Below are positions 32,720-36,128 of a stretch of DNA of 36,128 bases, piece by piece; position 1 is the first letter of the stretch, and every line of letters begins with the position of its first letter. The DNA comes from Planctomycetota bacterium (GTDB taxonomy: Bacteria > Planctomycetota > Planctomycetia > Pirellulales > Lacipirellulaceae), in contig JAJRWS010000696.1 in NCBI GenBank assembly GCA_024276705.1, positions 1-36,128 of the forward strand, in the 5' to 3' direction. The notes below the pieces were generated by a model. That model was not told the DNA's origin and made no database searches. It saw only the letters and a list, made by a program, of their open reading frames with translations. The position numbers and the translations under genes were made by a program.

Positions 32720-33591
32720 ATGCACCTCGCCTTGCTCGGCTCGCCCACCAGTTGGTACACCCGCGATTTGCAGCGGGCGGCGGCGGATGCGCACCAAATC
32801 GTGCCAGCGAATTACGCCCAATTGCAGTCGGAGCTGGTCGGCGCTGCGGCCCGTTTTCAGGAAGGAGAAACCAACCTGGCTGGCGTCGATTGTCTGCTGG
32901 TCCGGTCGATGCCTCCCGGGAGTCTGGAGCAGATTGTCTTCCGAATGGATGTATTGGGACAATTGGCGTGTCGTGGACTGCCGGTTGTGAATGGGCCCGA
33001 GCCATCGAGACGGCGGTCGACAAATATCTTGCCACCGCCTGCTTGCAGGCTGCCGGTTTGACCGTGCCCCGCACGCTGGTTTGCCAGACGGTCGACGAGG
33101 CGATGCACGGTTATTATGCGCTGGGCGAAGATGTGGTGGTCAAACCCCTGTTTGGAAGTGAAGGGCGTGGCATCTTGCGCGTCACCGACGAAGCGCTTGC
33201 CTGGCGAACATTTCAAACTCTGGCCCGGCTCGACCGGATCCTCTACCTGCAGCAGTTCATCGCCCATCGAGGGGCCGACCTGCGGTTGTTGGTGATCGGC
33301 GATCGCGTGCTGGGAATCCGCCGTACCAGTGCCGACGATTGGCGCACCAACATCAGCCGTGGCGCGGTGGCCGAACCGCTGCGAGTGACCTCGGAGCTGG
33401 AAACGCTGGCCAGGCAGGCAGCCGAGTCGGTCGGCGCCACGGTGGCTGGTGTCGACCTGCTCCCGGGCGACGATGGCGGGCTCTATGCATTGGAAGTCAA
33501 TGCGGTTCCCGGCTGGCGGGCGCTCGCCGCTACAACCGGCATCGATGTGGCCGGTTTGGTCCTCGAACACCTCCTGCAGGTGTGCGCCTAA
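32720..33591 (+). pseudogene. RimK/MptN-type ATP-grasp ligase with an apparent 1-nt frameshift at about 32993-32998
   Basis: MHLALLGSPTSWYTRDLQRAA..GLPVVNG (frame 2) then ARAIETAVDKYLATACLQAAGLTVPRT..VVKPLFGSEGRGI..WRTNISRGA..AGVDLL..YALEVNAVPGW (frame 1). The shift lies at the ggg/ccc runs. Confidence 0.8.
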
Positions 33592-33933
33592 TGCCACATA
33601 CTTTGAGCCGTAGGCGCCAGCCTCGGGTGCCTTCGGGACAACGTAAACCCTGAAATACCCGAGGCTAGCGTCTCCGGCTCAGATGCTGGAATCGACAAAG
33701 TAAGTACCATTGGGCGTGCGCCGCTCGCGGACGCGTTCAGCCAACTCCTTTTTGACTTCTCCGGAAAGGCTGTTTATAGTGGTCTTCTGGGGGATTGCAT
33801 GATCGGATATGGAAGTTTCCCGTCGCGCATAGCCTTTTTCTGTTCGCCTCGGTAGCGATGCTCCAATCGATTCCCACCCGCTCATCCTGCCCGCACAGTC
33901 TGTGTTTTAATTTCCTGCTAAGAGGTGCTTCTT

Positions 33934-35727
33934 ATGGCCCGTAGTTTCACTCGTATTCCACAGATTGTCTTCCTGTTTCTTGCCGTCCTCATGTTCATGA
34001 GTCTGCAATCCAGCTTTTCGGTTGCGGACGTAACTTTTTTTGGCTCGGTGAATCCTGATCCGCCCGGCGATGGGAATGTAGAGGAGAGCCTTGTTGTTGG
34101 CTTGGATGGAGATGATGTTCCCGACCCTCGCGGGTATGTACGCATCGACGGTGGTACGGAATTGGAATACGACGGCCTGACCGTCGGCGATGACGAGGGT
34201 ACTCAAGGAATCATGATTATCTCCGGGACATTGACACCGGGTGGGCAGACGAGCCTGGCACTCGAAGAGTCGGGATCGACGACGATACCCACGGTGCAAA
34301 TCGGCCATGAAGGCGTGGGCCAATTGACGGTCGAGGGAGGAGGGGCGATGACGCTGAATAACCTCGGTGCCGATTTGTCGCTAGGAGTCGAAACCTCAGG
34401 GGTCGGGACGATGATCGTGCGGGACCCTTTCTCGTTGGTGGTGATTCCCGACTCGCACTACATCGGTGATGATGGAATTGGCCGTATGGAAATTCTTGCT
34501 GGTGGAACCGTTTATAATACGGATACATCCGACGTGGCCATCATTGGACGCGCGGCTACCGCGGTCGGTTCCGTATTGGTCGATGGGGCCGGTTCGACCT
34601 GGAAAATCAACGACGACCTGGTGATCGGCGGCTTAGGGATCGGTACGTTGACGGTCAGCAATCAGGGCTTGATCGACGTCGACCGGGCCGGCGCGATCGC
34701 AACCATAGGCTCACTCGGACGCTTGGAGCTTGCCGGTGGTACCTTCGCCGGACAGAGCATTGAGCTGGATGGGACCCTGGGCGGCTCGGGGTTGGTGCGT
34801 GGTTCCGTGGCAAGTTCGGGAGACGCGTTGATCGATGTTCCTGTAGGCGCGTTGTTGCAGTTTGCAGGCAATGTTGCCAACCAGGGTTCGATTCGTGTGC
34901 GCGGCGGCGAGGTGAAGTTCCTGGCGAGTCTGGAAAATTTAGAGCCCGGTGATGAACCCGCGTCAGGACGCATCACTCTGGAGAATGGCCGCGTTCGGTT
35001 CTCGCAACCGCTGGCCAACGAGGGTGTCATCGCGTTAGCCGCGGGCTCGAACTACCTGCATGGCGAAATTGTCAATGGGGCAACAGGTTCTATCGTCGTA
35101 GCCAGTAGCACGATTGGCACGTTTTACGATACGGTTGACATCGATGCCGGTTCGCTCGAGCTGTTGGCAGGGGCGAATGCACTTTTTCTGACCGACTTGA
35201 ATTTCATGGACGAGAGCCTGGTTACTTTGCGAATTGGCGATGCCCAGGCCGGATTCGGGCAAATCTATGTCGAAGGCGAGACGGCGCTGGCCGGAGAACT
35301 CGAAGTGGGACTGGCGGATACGTTTTCTCCCAGTCCGGGCGATTCCTTTTCCTTGCTGTATGCGGCCGGTGGTGTTACGGGCGAATTCGACACCGTTACC
35401 TTACCTGCACTTGATCTGGGACTTTTATGGGACCTGGAGTACGGCGCGAATGAGGTGGTGTTGGCGCTCATCGAGACCATTCCAGGCGATTTCGACTTGG
35501 ATGACGATGCCGATGGCAACGATTTTCTCCTCTGGCAGCGAGGCGGTTCGCCCAACCCGCTCAGTGCGTCGGATCTGGCCGCCTGGCAAGATAGTTTTGG
35601 TACGGTCACTCGTTCGACAGTCGCTGCCACGGCCGCGGCCGCAGTACCCGAACCTACGACAGGGCTGCTGCTGGTGCTGGGACTCGCGGCCATGCTGGTG
35701 GTACGTGACTTGGATCAGCGAAGATAA
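33934..35727 (+). CDS. Secreted passenger-like (autotransporter-type beta-strand repeat) protein with a dockerin-like module and PEP-CTERM anchor
   Basis: AAGAGG lies 9 nt upstream of the ATG at 33934. There is a signal peptide. Repeats include GVGQLTVEGGGAMTL, GIGRMEILAGGTV and GIGTLTVSNQGLI. C-terminus DADGNDFLLWQRGGSPNPLSASDLAAWQDSFG followed by VPEPTTGLLLVLGLAAMLVVR. Confidence 0.85.
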   Translation: MARSFTRIPQIVFLFLAVLMFMSLQSSFSVADVTFFGSVNPDPPGDGNVEESLVVGLDGDDVPDPRGYVRIDGGTELEYDGLTVGDDEGTQGIMIISGTLTPGGQTSLALEESGSTTIPTVQIGHEGVGQLTVEGGGAMTLNNLGADLSLGVETSGVGTMIVRDPFSLVVIPDSHYIGDDGIGRMEILAGGTVYNTDTSDVAIIGRAATAVGSVLVDGAGSTWKINDDLVIGGLGIGTLTVSNQGLIDVDRAGAIATIGSLGRLELAGGTFAGQSIELDGTLGGSGLVRGSVASSGDALIDVPVGALLQFAGNVANQGSIRVRGGEVKFLASLENLEPGDEPASGRITLENGRVRFSQPLANEGVIALAAGSNYLHGEIVNGATGSIVVASSTIGTFYDTVDIDAGSLELLAGANALFLTDLNFMDESLVTLRIGDAQAGFGQIYVEGETALAGELEVGLADTFSPSPGDSFSLLYAAGGVTGEFDTVTLPALDLGLLWDLEYGANEVVLALIETIPGDFDLDDDADGNDFLLWQRGGSPNPLSASDLAAWQDSFGTVTRSTVAATAAAAVPEPTTGLLLVLGLAAMLVVRDLDQRR

Positions 35728-35880
35728 GCGTCGATGAGTGTTCCTTTTCTCCGCATGGCACGTTTCCCGAGAACGAGCCATCCTGACGTATTGGAACACT
35801 AATCCGCACTAATCTTCGCTAATTCCCGTCCGTAAACCACCAGCTCTGCTGGTGAGTACCCATCAGGCTCCGCCGCTCCG

Positions 35881-36128
35881 TCGTGTTCGTGTTCGTGTTC
35901 GTGCTCGTACTCGTACTCGTGCTCGTGCTCGTGCTCGTACTCGTACTCGTGCTCGTGCTCGTACTCGTACTCGACTGGAACCATTGCATTCAACAGAAAC
36001 ACAAGGCCATGGATATTGATGATGACCGACCTTGCCTCCCAGTCGGGTTCGAGTACGAGTACCGCTTTGCTGAGTACGAGTACGATATTCTCTTCTCGGC
36101 TCCTTTGAGGAGCCTTCCTCAAGCCACC
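35881..36128 (-). repeat. Repeat family A, copy 2 (inverted relative to copy 1), with an expanded GAGTAC/GAGCAC/GAACAC hexamer tract at 35881-35975; runs to the window edge
   Basis: See 28772-28943. The tract reads cgtgttcgtgttcgtgttcgtgctcgtactcgtactcgtgctcgtgctcgtgctcgtactcg... The ORF 35799..36122 (YEYEHEHE..) is its translation. Confidence 0.85.

Noticed and set aside
33679-33885. 68-aa minus-strand ORF between the ATP-grasp and PEP-CTERM genes
   Set aside because: It has no motif and no convincing RBS, so it cannot be supported from sequence alone. The nearby 10-bp inverted repeat (33619-33628 / 33657-33666) lacks a U-tract and was not called a terminator.
35881-35975. Possible CRISPR-like or other array (regular short repeats)
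   Set aside because: It is a contiguous 6-bp simple-sequence tract without spacers. The 150-bp repeats at 18535-19800 are coding repeats inside a gene. No CRISPR array is present in the window.

Overview
This 36.1-kb chromosomal segment looks planctomycetal (Pirellulales-like). All homology calls are motif recognition by eye, because no searches or computations were run. The taxonomic hint rests on several PEP-CTERM proteins with dockerin-like modules, a Pirellula/Verrucomicrobium-type heme-binding dehydrogenase, an H4MPT gene (mch), and dense families of structured intergenic repeats.

Layout:
(a) 1-4416 is a visibly AT-richer, decayed integrative element abutting the 3' end of tRNA-Met(CAT). 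It holds a 5'-truncated tyrosine integrase, a frameshifted and internally deleted DUF932 remnant, and a chimeric, broken AlbA_2/HATPase_c_4 (RecG-like) gene. It also holds an apparently intact pair: a minimal nucleotidyltransferase plus an Xre-HTH protein, with their own promoter/operator.
(b) 4417-9258 contains a VIT-domain gene fragment, a NucS-like PD-(D/E)xK protein, and small secreted or hypothetical genes.
(c) 9372-13017 is a NitT/TauT-type ABC transporter whose binding protein is membrane-anchored and fused to an OmpA-like domain. The operon is bracketed by inverted copies of a hairpin repeat.
(d) 13211-16120 is a tight three-gene operon: PspA/IM30, a classic-clade AAA+ ATPase, and a 96-aa helical protein. 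I consider it the best candidate for an undescribed system, namely a bacterial ESCRT-III/Vps4-like module.
(e) 16.8-20.4 kb is a PEP-CTERM cluster: a mini-protein, a GDSL esterase, and a PD40-like protein with 50-aa tandem repeats.
(f) 21.5-28.6 kb holds an SRPBCC ORF and a DUF5939-type class III cyclase, which share one frame and are separated by a single TAG. It also holds a dehydrogenase/HEAT/cytochrome c protein divergent from an octaheme cytochrome with HEAT/TPR repeats.
(g) 28.8-36.1 kb is bracketed by near-identical inverted repeats. It contains a translationally coupled DUF2062-like / AsmA-like membrane pair plus mch, a frameshifted RimK/MptN-type ATP-grasp gene, and a passenger-like PEP-CTERM protein.

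Several otherwise intact genes carry single-base frameshifts, so sequence errors versus real decay need checking. No rRNA or CRISPR array was seen.
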